Shown here in pieces: positions 23,190 to 37,629 of a DNA stretch of 64,000 nt (position 1 is its first letter; the number at the start of each line of letters is the position of its first letter). Both the position numbers and the translations under genes were made by a program. Origin of the DNA: Bispira polyomma (taxonomy: Eukaryota); NCBI GenBank assembly GCA_965649765.1, contig OZ287750.1, forward strand, positions 100,440,001 through 100,504,000. Direction: 5' to 3'. The notes under the pieces are model-generated. The model did no database searches and was not told the DNA's origin. It saw only the letters and a program-made list of their open reading frames with translations.

Positions 23190-24750
23190 CTTTTGTCTAA
23201 GAAACATTATTTACATTGACTTTCAAGTCTGTTAAGGAGACTTTCAAGTCTAAAGCATTAAAATTCAAAGCCTTTTTGGCAAGCTCATCTGTCTTTTTAT
23301 TGCTCATGTTAACATGACTTGGAACCCATGCTAAAATAACTTTCTTATTCACGAACAAACAATTATTAAACAATTTTAAAATATCCTTTAAAAGCGGATG
23401 GTCATACTTGTTTTCATCCAGTGCTTAGAGACTAGATTAAAAGAAATTTAATATGATTAAACAATTACCATTGCAATTTTTTCAGTTATTGACTGTAGTA
23501 CTACTTTGTTTGCCACATATTTTCCTAACCATTTCCCAAACTTTTTAATGTTTAGTTTAGAAATACATTTTTGTTTTATTTTCCTTTATTGTCATTTTCT
23601 GTATACATCAATATCAGACACACATGTTTTAAAATGGTGGGCAAATAGTCACCTGGGCATAGTAGTCACTTGGGTTCAGCTGGATGTTTTGCTTTTGAAA
23701 AAAATTGCCATTTGATTTTTTGTTTCAGTAACACTTTATTCTTAGTTACAGGAGAACCTCCACAATAAAAACATATTGCACTAGTCTGACAGTTGCTGGA
23801 GTCAGTATTTTTGCCACATCTTGCACATATTGCTTCTCTTTTGCATGACCAAATTTCTGGCAATGAAAGCATCTTATTAGGTTCGAAATGTAAATCATGA
23901 CGGGAACACGTATATGACCCAATTTATTGTGTTTAGGCAAACTTTGTCCGTTGAAAGTGAGAATGAAAGTATCAGTCATTTTTAATCATCATGTGTAATC
24001 AGTATTCTTCTAGAATCTCATCATCGAGAGAGTTCTTTATTTCAGGGCATTGTATCACTACTTTTCTCAATTTCAATAAAATATGAGGGGATGTAGTACC
24101 AGGATGTACAATCTCCCTTAATGTCTTCATTAAAAGCTCAGACCAAAGCAATAGATGGCACTTTAAAGGTCGTAACGAGACAAAAACACTTACTAGGAAT
24201 ATCACTTCCACCGACACGGTTCGCAACCCATGGCCAACTGTTTGACCCACTTAGTCAACTCTTACAACACACTGGAGTGCTTTCCTTATGGCAATGTACC
24301 ACTTGGTCATTTATAAAAGCACTGCTCACTTTTATTCATTAACGAGGAGTGTACCACACTCCTTGCCTTTTCCATTCATAAAATCTGCAGTTCTAGATAT
24401 ATATCTAGAACGAGTGAACAACCATGGCCCAACTTCTGGCACAAATGCGATAATTAGTGTCAAACTAAATTTTAATAATCAAGTAATTAGACAATTTCGA
24501 AATATGAACAGAGTATCACCCTATAAATTGCAAGAGAAGTGAGTGAAAATGCTGTTTAAGGCCCCAAAATAACTAAAATATTATTGCAGATTTGTGGTGC
24601 ACAAATGATATCATTTATAGTGATACCAAAATATAATTTTTGATTTTCTTTCCTACTTTCGTACATGCCTCCAAGAGACCTGATAAAGCCATCCATGATT
24701 GATTATACACCAAGGAACTGGACTAAAAATATGCAATATATCCATAATAT
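23190..24750 (-). mobile_element. Internally deleted Nimb/I-group LINE
   Basis: ORF1 TDTFILTFNGQSLP...IRCFHCQKFGH...ICARCG...CFYCGG, followed closely by an RNase H scrap KVILAWVPSHVNMSNKKTDELAKKA. Confidence 0.7.
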
Positions 24751-25546
24751 AACATCAGCACCAAACTACACCTAAAATTCTTCCTCACTATAGAGACATG
24801 TACACAACATAGCACAGAATTTCCACTTCAGTATTACAGAATAACCAGAATAGACATAGTGAGTCATTAAAACCTACAAAAAGCTCAATATTTGAACAAG
24901 AAATATGCAGCCTTAGGCCGTGTACCAGAGTTTGCTATCTGAATGCATGAAAAATACATCGGCAAAATGTTTGGTAAAAAACAGGTCGAAATGTCTAGAC
25001 TAGTATTGTCTCGAAAGCTTGCCGTTACACCCTAAAAATGGGTGGAAATTTCTGGTAGGTCAAAATGTCTGGTATTCCTTCAAAATCTTTAAAGCTAGGC
25101 TGTGTAAAGCAAGGAAGAAATGACTTCTATCGCCCAACTTTCTCATAAGGTCTTACTGCATCTTTTGAAGTAAAATTCTAAAATATAAGCAATTGTTTGC
25201 AAATCATGTGTTTGTTGTAGTGAGCACCTGTGTGGCAGCATAACTGTGAAAAAACTACTAAAAATAACAGTAATTTTTGTAAAAATGGATATGATAAATG
25301 ATATACAAAACGGTGATGCTTTTTTCTGTTAAAAATTAGGATTAACTGTTGGGATATTTGAAATATAAAATCTGAATAAATTTCACGAAAAGGTTGAAAG
25401 GTTGTGCATAATAATACAACATCTAATCACTTGATTACTTTCAAGCTAGAAATAAAGTAAGTGTTTGTTTTAGGAACAATTGTCAAAATCACAGTGAAAC
25501 CTTTCCACAAAACGTCATCAACTGATTACCCTGAAATCTTTTCATC

Positions 25547-28500
25547 ATGAAATCAACAATTGGTGTTATGTATTCTGTGTGTGTGTTTTTTACAACAAAG
25601 TCTTTTTGTATAAACAATAGTTCAACAAGGAACTGTCATTATAAAAGGTCTGAATTGTTAACTATCAGGGGCCATAACAAGTCTGTCAGACTTGAAAATG
25701 ATGTCTACAAACTTGTAAATGAACTGTCTTTAAACAATAGAAGGCCAACCAAGCGAGGCTCCAGGGGTGGACAAAAGTCTGAGACCAACATTTGTTTATT
25801 GAATGCACAATCAGTCAGAAATAGGACAGATGACTTACATGATTGCTTTCTGGAACAGAAAATTGATTTATGTGCTGTGGTTGAAACTTGACTCAAGGAA
25901 CATGATGAAATGACAGTCAAAAATTTAACTCCAGAAGGTTATGTAATATTCCATCGTGATAGGAAAGAGAAACCAGGTGGTGGTGTAGCAGTGTTTTGTA
26001 AGACTGGGTTTAGAGCTAAATTGGATGAATTACAAGTTTATACCTCGTTTGAATATGTTTCTGTTGTCTTGAAGTCCCTGGATATGCGTGTGTGTGTTGT
26101 TTACAGACCTCCTTCTATTACTAGAGTTTCAAATGATAAATTCTTTGACGACATTGCAGAATTATTTGTAGTACTCGTTTCTAACAAAAAAAGACTATTA
26201 GTACTTGGTGACATTAAGTTGAACAAAAATGATGATCCCCATGTTATGAAGTTCAACACACTGTTGCAAAAATTTTCCCTTCAGCAACATGTTACATCGC
26301 TTCACTTGCACATCTATGAACACCCTTGACTTGGTTATAACGAGATGCAATGATGAATTTTTAATGTCAGAACCGAAAGCCAAACACTTCATTTCAGATC
26401 ATACTTCTATTATATGTCATCTTAAATTTTGCAAGACAAAATTGGAGTCTAGAGAGTTTTGCTACAGGAAGAAAAAGAACATCGACTTATCATCTTTTAA
26501 GAAAGATATTTCAGAATGAGATATTGTGAAAAAGACAGGGAAGGATCTTGGAAATTTAGTCAAACTATATAATGAAACCTTAGCTGAGATCTTAAATAAA
26601 CATACGCCTTTAAAAAGGTGTAAGCCAAAAATGAGAAGATCACAACCTTGGTACAAAAAAAGAGTGAAGGAAAGTAAGCGAGAAATGTGGTTTGATGAGA
26701 GAAAATGGAGAAAATCAGAATAACTGTACCTTATTCAGTTCAAATCGATGCATCTATATGAAAACTCTGAGAAAATCGAAAATTAATCATTTCAGCTCTA
26801 TTGTAAAGGAAAATGGGATGGATCAAAAGCAGTTGTTTAAGATAGTGAAAGGTCTGTGTAAATCCACTAAGGAATCACCATTACCTGAACATAATTCAAA
26901 GAAAGAACTAGCAGAAAACTTTGGTCAGTATTTCATGGATAAAATAGACAAAGTGGAGATATTTTTGGAACATCAGAGGGTTTTGACAAGTATGATACTA
27001 GAGATAGGCCAATACCAGAGCTGTCACAATTTACACCAGTATCTAATGAAGAAGTTGAAAAAATAGTCTTGAAGTTCCCTATTCAAGTCATGCATGCTAG
27101 ATCCAATTTCTATCTCACTTCTGAAGGAATGTAAATCTGAATTGATACCAGTCATTACAAAAATAGTGAATCTCTCCATTAAAACAAGTGAAATGCCGAG
27201 TGACTTCAAACATGCTATAATCACTCCACTCTTAAAACAACAAAGTGCTCACCCTACTTACAACAACTTTCATCCTGTATCTGGATTGCCTTTCTTATCT
27301 AAGGTCATTGAGAAGGTGATTTCCCAGCAAGTTGGTCAACATGTCAACAGCAGTGATTTAAATGAACCACATCAGTCAGTGTATAGAATCAATCACAGTA
27401 CAAAAACTGCATTATTAAAAATAATGAATGACTTATTGCAGGACACAGACAATAAAAATGTGGTATTGATGGCTTTTCTTGACCTATGTGCAGCCTTTGA
27501 TATGGTTGATCACAGTATGCTTTTGTCAAGATTGCAATCAATGTTTGAAGTTAAAGGAGCAGCGCTCTCATGGTTTAGGTCATACTTGACTCAAAGAACA
27601 CAGTCAGTCAAGATTGGTTGTGTTTTGTCTGAGAAGAGAATATTAACATGATGTGTCCCTCAAGGCTCTGAACTCGGCCCTCAACTGTATTGTGACTATA
27701 CAACACCACCAGGGTCTATTTTCAGACATTTCCTTATTCAATTCCACATGTATGCAGATGATTCTCAATTGTACAAGTCAATATTACCAACTCATGAAGA
27801 CCAAATTTCTGGGATACTGCATCAACAGAATTGTATAACAGAGATTAGCGACTGGATGATCAGGAACAAATTAAAAATATATGAGGATAAAACTTTTTGG
27901 TTGTTGGAACATCCAAGCAGCGCGTCATTATTGTGTGTAATTCTCTCAGAATTGCTGAGGCTGAAATACCAACCAGTCACTGTGTTAAAAACCTAGGAGT
28001 TATCATTGATGAAGATCTGTCATTTAATGATCATATCACTTACATTTGTAGGTCTTGCTACTGCTATCTCAGGAACATTCGTACTATTCGACCATATCTT
28101 ACTGTTCGATCAGCTAAAGCAATAGTTCATGCAGTCATCTCCGCAAAACTAGACTACTGTAACTCCCTCTACATTGAAATTCCAGAGTTTCTTATTGCAA
28201 AACTGCAACGTGTTCAAAATACAGCTGCCAGGATAATTTTGAATCTGAGAAAGTTTGACTCAATAATGCCTGCTCTTATAAAACAGCATTGGTTACCTGT
28301 AAGGCAGCGGATTATCAACAAAGTGAACTTAATTGTTTTTAAAACATTAAACAATGATGCTCCAGACTACATTCAGTCCTTGCTCTTTGTTTACCAACCT
28401 GCAAGACCCCTGCGATCTAGTGACAAAGCCTACAACCTGAATGAACATAAATGGAAACTGAAAAGCAAGGGATACCGTTCTTTTCTAGTTGCCCCACCCC

Positions 28501-28678
28501 TCTACTGGAACAGTTTACCTGATGATATACGTAACATCAAACTGAATCTTAATGACTTCAAGGAAAAACTTAAAACTTAGCTGTCTAAAAGTGTTTTACA
28601 TTAGAGTTAGCACATTGATTTTTCACATAGTGACTAAAATTGCGCTCTACAAGATCTAATTATTATATTATTATATTT
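25547..28678 (+). mobile_element. L2-clade LINE, near-complete ORF2 with frameshifts and stops
   Basis: APE endonuclease (LLNAQSV, VETx, GGGVA, VYRPP, LGD, SDH), RT (FLDLCAAFDMVDH, PQGSELGP, MYADDSQLY), C-terminal DYCNSL/HWLP, and tail gcgctctacaagatctaattattatattattata. Confidence 0.88.
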
Positions 28679-30393
28679 GACAGTTGCTGAAATCAACCTT
28701 TACCAAAACTGACGTCATGCTTCAAAACAATACCTATATGTGTGTGTCATGGCAAGTTAAAACGAGGTATACGATATATATATACTCTAAAATCTGTGAA
28801 GATAAAATTAAAATAAACTAAATAGTTTGTGACTATTAAGGTGATATAGTATAGATATTATCATAATTCAGTTTGGATTTTTAATTTTTAATACTCCCAT
28901 ATTCATCATTTTTATAGAATGTGATATTTAGTTTCTGAACCCACAAATCCCAGACCTGCTACGCACACGTGCATTGACAACACCCAGATCTTCAGCCAAT
29001 CCCATCATGCCTAAGATAAAATTATAGTGGTCGCCATATTTGATCATTGTTTACAACAATTTATAGATTGGTCAATAGATATCGTTGTCACAGACCGTTG
29101 TAATATTATTTTACAGCTATAAACTACAATTTCGAAAGCTACTGGGACAATATTGAATCTTATGAAAAGCCCAATATTCGCTGATTAGTTATTGAAATCG
29201 ACCCAAAAAAAATCTCGGAGCACAAGAGCCCAAAGTCTATACTCATTGCGAATTTGAGATCATTCCTACCAGTTCTGAAAGGTACTTGTTCCTATCTAAG
29301 ATATCAGAACTTAAGTAATAGAACCCAATGGTTGTGCATGCGCAAACGTCTGGTTAAAAAGTACTCTAGCCATCATGACAAAAATCGGTCTACCCCATCC
29401 CAAAAAATACATGTACCAAATATGTAGCAAAACTTCCAAAGATTTGCCTGTCACCATGTGTTGCTAAGGGGGACTGATCCACAGAATTTCTTTCAGGTAA
29501 AATGGACATAATGGAAAAAAAAACCATTTATATTATTGAATGGAACAAAACACAGCTTTTAGAAAAAACATAAAAGTTACTGGATTTGGATGAACAAAAA
29601 TTCAAAATTTGCCCATATTTTGTAAGTAACCACAACTAATCTTTTTGTTGTCTGAAGGCTCTGATTTATATTTATATTACTATTTTTGGCATTTGTAAAA
29701 AATTCAAGAATCTCTACTGTGCTAAGCTTATCAATTCAAAATAATTAATAATTTGTCACCCAATATAATTGACATAATAGGTTGTAACACATACCGTTCA
29801 ACTTTTACTTCACAACTAGGCTATTTACTGTTACTTAATGGCGGACTATATATATATTACAGCAAATGCACTACAAAAGTAAACCAACTAAATTCAAATC
29901 CACATTGATTATTTTTAAATACAAATAAAAGGGGAAATAATATTTCCAATATACATATAAAATACGAATATTTATTGCTTCAAATCAAAGTAAACTGTAC
30001 CTGAACATTAATGCAAAAGTGGTGGTATATAATAAATGCACACCCTATCTTTAATGTGACCATGACCTACAATTTGATTCAGCAACAGAATAAATAATTC
30101 AGTAATATATAAATATTGTATCATAGGATTCCTACCTAGATACTTCCCATATTATTAAATAAAATTTGTAACTTTCTGATCTGTGTTGCTCTAATGACTA
30201 TACAAAATATATAGAAAATATACGTAGATTGTGGGGCCTTAGAATCTGCTGCTTTGTAGATAGATTATTTGCCTGAAGAAGTCTCATTAGATTTGATTTA
30301 CCATTCCAAAAGCAACTGCTACACAGAGGTACATATAGTTATTACTGTTATTTGTTCAATTGGTCTAAGGCAAAATAACAACAAAAAACTTAC

Positions 30394-30439
30394 CGTTGGA
30401 TGCGCAAAGCAGAGCTATAAACACTATCATAGATTTCAT
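30394..30439 (-). CDS. Third copy of the signal-peptide exon (MKSMIVFIALLCASN), downstream partner uncertain
   Basis: 46-nt phase-1 exon with a GTAAGT donor, the same length as exon 1 of both vWA genes. The flanking intron and upstream sequence are homologous to 21190-21370 and 63830-63970. Confidence 0.65.
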
Positions 30440-33400
30440 TATGATCTTACTTGGTGATGAGAACTGTTTCTCTTGCTGTCCTGTTATCTGAATACTGTAC
30501 AGAGACTACTGCTACTACCACTTTTAAATTTTAAAATAGCATGCTCATGTTAAGGAAGTTTATTAATATTTCTTTTACTCTCTTAATAATTGATGGCACT
30601 GAGACATTTCTATTGTTTCCACTACTTGCATCATTTGAAAGGCCTGCACACATCGAATATATGTAGCAAAGACAACCTATTAATAAACATGACATATGAT
30701 ACATCTGAATTTAAAATAATACAAGGAAATGAATACATTCTGAAAAGCTTTAGCAACTTTCTTAAGATCACTTGTTAAACATTAAATTTTTTCACCATTG
30801 TTTTGTGCTGAAGCTTCGAAACATAGTCGATTCCCGAGAATACATGTTTGGTTCTATTAATAACTTGACACTGTGATTCAGTAATATTATCGCAGAGGGA
30901 TATACAACCAACCTCTATATATTACTTGAATGGGTCAGTGACATGCAAAGCAACTGCTCACAGCAATTCACAGGTCATATTATGTGTGAATTCATGCGCA
31001 CTACTTCATCTTGAGATGAAAAATAATTCACAAATTTATTAATGTCTTCTTACCAATATATGCTGAGATAAAGATTACATTTACAATTTGGAGTGGTTGT
31101 AAACTACATTTTACTGCCAAGGTAATGTTAACCTAATGTTACACGTCAACAATTTTGTGTTTTTAATATTTTATTGCAACTTAAGAATATCGTGCAAAGC
31201 TGGATGATTTACATGAATAGTCAACTTAAAAGATTTACATTACAACTACAGAGAAGATTTTTAATTATCAACAGAAAAAAAGCTGGAGATATGTAGATAT
31301 AATAGTAAATTACAGAGTGCTACAGAGTAATTTCCTTATGATAAACGAAACTAAAAATATGATAACGTTACAACAGTGTTGTCAGGTTTATATCCAGTGC
31401 ACTATAAGCCATATAATTAGTAAGAGTTTAGTTATGTTTTGGTTTAAAGCAACGTTCAACACGTCTTGTGTCATATCATGACTGGTAGTACACCATAGGA
31501 GTAAGTCCGATCATTGTGCTGTGCTTTTCAAAACAGTTGCCTTCAGTCAGTCTGCTGCCAACCTTCCCACATTTATGAAAGGGCAGATATTAAAAGGGAA
31601 GCAAGTGTGTTACAACTACACAACTGATACTAAAAGTCCACAATTATACCCAAAACAGATAGCATATGCCAAAGCTAATACACATAAGCACAATGCGAGT
31701 TATTTTGATAAATAGCACTTTATGAGAGAGAAATTACAAAAAGTGGGGCATTGTTTGAAAAAAGACAATGAGCCTTTTGCCTGTGATAGATGCATCTGTA
31801 TGATAATGTATTGTACCCAAAAAGAATATTAGACTGGTATTTTTTACATGTTCAAACATTTACAAAAACGTCTCTATTAAAACGTTTTCACAATTAACTA
31901 TGCACTTTGTTACAAAATTTTCTTCTCAAATTTTAATTAGTAATTTTTTTTTCAGATAATATTGCTTAAATACTTCCCACAGAAAATAAAAGTCATGCGA
32001 TTGGTCCAAACACAAATGATGAATCCTTTAGCTTAGAATTATGTATCTTAATAATAATTTTTTCATGGCCATATACATAAGTGTAGTCCGTTTATGTGTA
32101 ACATGAATTTGTACATATATTTGCTAATATACAAGTATTGTGTCTTCCAGCATTTAAATAAGATGAGTCATTAGTATTTCATTTAGTTTTAAAAAGTAAC
32201 TATGGCTTGAAAGCAACTGTAAGCTGTAAGCTTCACGGTGTAAGAAAGTATTAACAGTTCTGTCAGAGTGAGCATGTTTGTCAACTGATTAAGTGGATAA
32301 CATGTTTTCTATTAGTTTTGGTATACCTAAGCTACAATGTTCTGAATTATATATAAAGATATGTGTGATTTATTCCTTTATTGTAGTCAGTCGTAATGTC
32401 AAGTTATATATATAGGTATAAGTGTGTTATCGCTTTAATGTAATCAGTTGTAATGTCAGACTTTGGTCATTTGCCCTGATGCAACTGACATAGTCCTAAG
32501 AATAACAGTTCATTCCTTTTTCCATATGTAAGTTTTATTATAGTTACCGCTGTTTCTTTGTTCAACTTTCTTGTTGCTGTGTTTTACTTTGAGTGCAGGT
32601 AACCATGACACTATGGACGTTGGAGAAAGGATAACTGATATTGGAGTACATAAAGGACCTAAAAACTGCAAACGGACATGGCAACAGTATAAACAAGTTA
32701 GACAGCAGTCAGAGATCACAAAACATCACCCGGAATTTTAATCAAGGACTCGCAAATTGGCGATTAGGGTTAATGTATGGAGTAAGGTGTAGTTTACTTT
32801 TAAATATGAAGTTAGGGTTATTGTGTTGAATATACACACCATTTTTATTTAATTTTTGGAAGAGGAATGTAACCAAAAAACATCTTCAAAGTTAAAGATT
32901 TATGGCCACAATGTATTCCTGAAATACTTCACAATCTAGCACTAATGGTAGCGTACATCTCTGATGTAATATATGAAGTATATCTACCAGAAATGGCCCA
33001 TTTTACGGCTATAAAAATGGTGTATATATTTAACAAAATGACCATAACCTCATATTTTGAAGTAGCATACGCTTTGCAACAAAATGAGCCGTTTCTGGCT
33101 GATATAGTCCATATATTAACACCCAATATGACGTCACAATCTAGCACTAAGTAGTGAACATCCCAATGTAATATATGGAGTATATCAGCCAGAAACGGCC
33201 CATTTGATTGCCAGTACGGTGTACTTTATTTTAAAATATAAAGTAAGGGTTATTATGTTGAATATATACACCAACGTGATATAAAAAAAACTTCAATTTT
33301 GCTTGTAAAGGTTTTCTAATGGTCAAAGTCCTGTTATATTACGAGATCCTGGGATCAACAAATGCCCCAACATGGACATGAAACAACACACATTTAGCCT

Positions 33401-33549
33401 TTATGGCAGAAAGGTGATTTGCAATTTGTGAAGCTCAGCCATTATTGTTATACAAGAACTCTAAATAAGAAAGCAACTTCTTTAGTCAGGATGATTTCTC
33501 CAGGGTGAATGTCTGCAATACAAACTATACTATATTTATTTATATGTTC

Positions 33550-36500
33550 TCATTTACACTTAACTTTAATGTTTATATCAAATTTACTGGCAAGCATATA
33601 AATATTTCTGGTATAAGTGGCTAAGGTGGGGTCCCTTGTGCGTCCATTTTGCAAAACGCTGACCACAGCCAGATTATCACATTTAACCAAAACACGTCTA
33701 TTCTGCCACACTTGATTTTGATGCACACCCCCCATGCCAGTTAAGCACGTGTCTAGCTCCACTTGTGCTGTAACAGGCACATGCAAGAAAAATGACACCT
33801 CATTGAATTGTTCTGTAAACATGGCAAACCAATTCAAATCCCTTCTGAATTCCTGGTTTATATTTATGTGTTTACTTGTGTGATTGTCTCTTGACATTTG
33901 TAACATGCATTTCAAAAACACCCAGGCATATCTTATGCATTTAGCAACATAAAGTAGGAGGCCCAACAAAGATTGTAATCCACGTTTTGTGCATATCTTT
34001 TTTGTCTGCCATCTTACATAAGTTTTTGATTTCCTGCAATTTATCCGAGGGAATCAAGGTGGTAAAATTTTCCGTGTCTATTACAATACTAAGGCACACC
34101 ACAGAGGTCCTTGGCTGTACCAATTTTTTTTTCGCTGACAGTCAAACCTAGTTCTGCAAATAATCCCTGTAAACTCACATACGTTTTTTAGTATTTTGCT
34201 TAGAACCAATATACATAAAAATTGGTCTACATAATTGTGGAAGTTATGATTTTCAGTTTTCATAATGTACCTCACGGCATCCGAAATTCATTGAAAACTT
34301 GTGCTGCCGTTCTGATAACCGAATGGCAGCGATTTATCTATATAGTATTTGTTCCAATTTAGTCCTAACACTTGACGTCACCAGGGTCCATAGGGACGTA
34401 CTGCAAGGGCATATTTGATTAACAACCGCAACTGGTAATCCTGGTAGTTTTCCAAATACTTGTCCCACGCTTTGGTGTTCAGTTGAGATTTAACCGGTAA
34501 CTTGAGGCCCTTGAAATTAAATCTGCCATCTGCCCTAACTATGAATTTCTAATATGTCTAAGTCCTCGACTATTTCATCAACTTTGTCTTTAACTTTTAT
34601 AAATTCAGAAAGGGGTGTGAACCCATAAGCCACATCAGTCTATGCCTGCCAACTTTTAAAAGTACTATTATCCTTGGCCAAATCTATCAATAGACGTTTA
34701 CTTTTCCTCCGTGTTTCAGTTCACAAATATATATATCAGAAGGCACAATGCATTCATTGCTATTGCCCTACCAATGGATGTCGTTTTCAGTAAACGGGCA
34801 CGTGGTGGCCTAGTGGTTAGCAAGTATTGCGCTTCACAATCACTGGTTTCTCACCTCTGGGCAGTTCTATTCCCGTCGATGCCTATGTGGGAAAGGTGGT
34901 AGTTCCTTACTGTGGGCCTCTAGTTTCAGTGCAGAACCTTGATCAACTGTATGTAGTGTTCCCTCCAGCGTTTCCAACTACCCGTCCCAATATAACCTAA
35001 ACAGGTACTAGAGTGGACGTTAAATATCCCAATTCAAAAAAAAAATTCCTAAGCAAAGAGGTGACATTATTCTCACCAAGCCTCTGTTCCTTTGTCTTGG
35101 CTTTATGCTTTTTATAACCATTGTTTCCACCTGTGTGTACAATGCCACTTGGTGTATCAATATTTTCCAGCCCAGTGTGTCTGGCGCTCCCGCCTTCCTC
35201 ACTAAGCCTGACAGCTGATTTGTTTATGCTTGGCATTCATCGGTCATTTTCTGTATTGGGAATCTTAGATTGAATGTTATGCCCTTTCCCAGTTGTTTCT
35301 TTCACACCTGCCCCATGTTAGCAAGTACTGGGAACCTATTGTGAAGTGGGAGTGCACCCTGTGTTTGATTTGTTCACACCACTTTCTGTGTTTTTGTTCC
35401 ACCCCTTTTGTATCCCTTTCACTTTTGTTCTTAACCAGACATGTTTTACCAACAACTAATTTGGAAGCAGTACCGGCCTGGGTTTCTCTGTTTGAATGGT
35501 GAACAGTTTTCTGTTTACCACCTTTTTCAACACTTTTCCTGCGTTTTAACTAAATCGCTATATGTAACAGAAGCATTTCTGCCCCTGTGAAACCTAAATT
35601 TTTTTTGTACAACAGATTTTGTAAACAGTGCAATATCACTAAATTCTCTTTTATATACAAATCTAGTAAAAACCCTATCATCCACATTTTATCCACTGTA
35701 TTTGTGCAGTGGCCCCTCAGTTTTTACTACCTTCTTGGGGCACAAGCTACTTCTATGGTTACTCTCGCAGGTTTCACATGCATGTTTATAAAATTGTGTA
35801 CCCGTTTTATGACATGCCATTCTGAAAGTAATGACATGTGACAGATCCCTGCTTAAAATTATTCTTCTTTTAATTTTTTCCTGAACTACGCCCCCTACAC
35901 TGGTGACAATTTGACTTAGGTTGATATGCCTCTGGGAATGAGCTCTACGGATTCTATCGACCTTTTCAATTTCTGACTATTTAAACTTACCCATTTCCAT
36001 ATTTGTTAGCATGGCCATTTTATTTTCCTGTGATTTCTCATCCTGGATTATCCGGGTAAATCCACAGACCCATGGAACAACAGTTAACTCGTCATAACTG
36101 GGACGTGCCTCAGCACTACCCAATAGGACATGATTCTGTGGCTACTCCACAATCCATTTAACCAGAACTTCCGACCCCCCTCCCCTTTGGGATTTTATCT
36201 TACCTTGGGAGGGACTCGCATTAATTTGCCTTAACTCTTTGAGCCGTTGCTCAACCTGTGTTTGAATTTGCACGTTTTGTTTGAGAAATTCATTATTCGG
36301 GATAATATTGGTCTCAGGTATCTCGGCACTCTTGCAATTATCGCCCAAGTTTACAGAACTGGAATCAGAAATTGTATTATACAAGCCTGTTTATTTGAAT
36401 TTCCTGCCAGCGCTGCCTCGGTGAGCTGAACCTGTTGATCCATCTTCTGCATAGCATGGTTTGTAGACTGTAATTGTTTCAGTATAACTTCCAAAACTGA

Positions 36501-36890
36501 CATATCCCCACCAGCCGAATCTGAATCCAACGGGTCCACCCCAAACGAGTCTGCGCTGGTGTTACCCAAAGATACATCCAAAGCCGTACAGTTTCTACCA
36601 ACTGGCTGTTGGTGTTTATCAAGACATTTGGAGCAATAAACGGTACTAACATGTGGCATCACTACAGAATAAGTTTAAAACTACTAAAATGAATAAAATC
36701 AACGATATAAAACAACATAAATCCAAATGTGACACCACGTTTAATTTTTAACAATGTTCCCTGTTCTGTAAATTTCGGAAATGATGGGAGAATTTAAAAG
36801 GGAGAAGGCTTTTATGCTGCAGCAATCAAGCCTGGTAAGTAGTTAGCCAGAGACCAGAGAACTGACCTTGCTGCCGCCCGGGTCGTCACC
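33550..36890 (-). mobile_element. Degenerate Ngaro-like YR retrotransposon (gag, RT, RNase H)
   Basis: gag CSKCLDKHQQPVGRNC...KIKSQRGG; RT DKSLPFG...NYVDQF...IPSDKL; RH FRRDLNWF...ELDTCLTGMGG...KCDNLAVV. Confidence 0.78.
34797..35045 (+). mobile_element. tRNA-derived SINE with A-rich tail, inserted into the YR element
   Basis: GTGGTGGCCTAGTGG box A, body homologous to 18094-18308, tail gtggacgttaaatatcccaattc(a)n. Confidence 0.82.
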
Positions 36891-37036
36891 CTGCAAATAG
36901 TAGTGTGCATCCCGAATTAATATAGATGGAGTATATCAGCCAGAAACGACCCATTTTATTGCATGTAAGGTGTACTTTACTTTAAAAAATGGTTATTATG
37001 TTGAATAAACACCCTATTTCTATTTAAATTTTCAAA

Positions 37037-37629
37037 GAGCTTTAAGTCATGGTAGCGTGGATTTAAGTTTTACCTTTCTCCCAAGGCATGGAAGATAATA
37101 AGATACTTATTTCATGTTTATATCAAAGCCAATATTTACAACTAACGGTTGAGTCAAATATTTTAGCGAAGTTCAGTAAATTGCTTTTTTCCAAAAAATA
37201 GCAATTATTAAAGCAAATATATATCTAGGACCCGACGTCTATGATATTGATGGGGGGAAGTGAATCACTTGTATATGAGCGACAATGGAAGAATTTGATG
37301 CAAATTAGGGAATCTATCATCGTTAGGAGCACCCGAAAACACCAACTTCCATATACGGATATTTAACTGTCTCTGACATTTGACTTGGCAATAATAGCCA
37401 ACATATATTACCTTATATCTACACATTTGTTAGTTATATTTGAGGACCCGATAAATCAATATAAAAAATCATCCGCAGATTTAACAGTTAATTGATGTAA
37501 TTTACTAAAATATGAACTTATATAACGTACACATAATTTAAGCAAAATGTTATTGGTCGTGGCTTAAATTTTTTTGATGCCGTGGAAGAAAGGTAAAACT
37601 TTAATCGAGGCTACCGTGACTTAAAGCTC
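37037..37629. mobile_element. MITE with ~55-bp imperfect TIRs and GAG...CTC ends
   Basis: Left end gagctttaagtcatggtagcgtggatttaagttttacctttctcccaaggcat; reverse complement of right end gagctttaagtcacggtagcctcgattaaagttttacctttcttccacggcat. Superfamily not determined. Confidence 0.8.

Noticed and set aside
30008-30066. DRVCIYYIPP resembles angiotensin DRVYIHPF
   Set aside because: The match needs a 3-residue gap in a very short, unverified peptide and is consistent with chance.
32750-33280. Short degenerate repeats, also at 36905-37030
   Set aside because: Probably one old repeat element split by the YR insertion. Its ends could not be defined, so it is not annotated.
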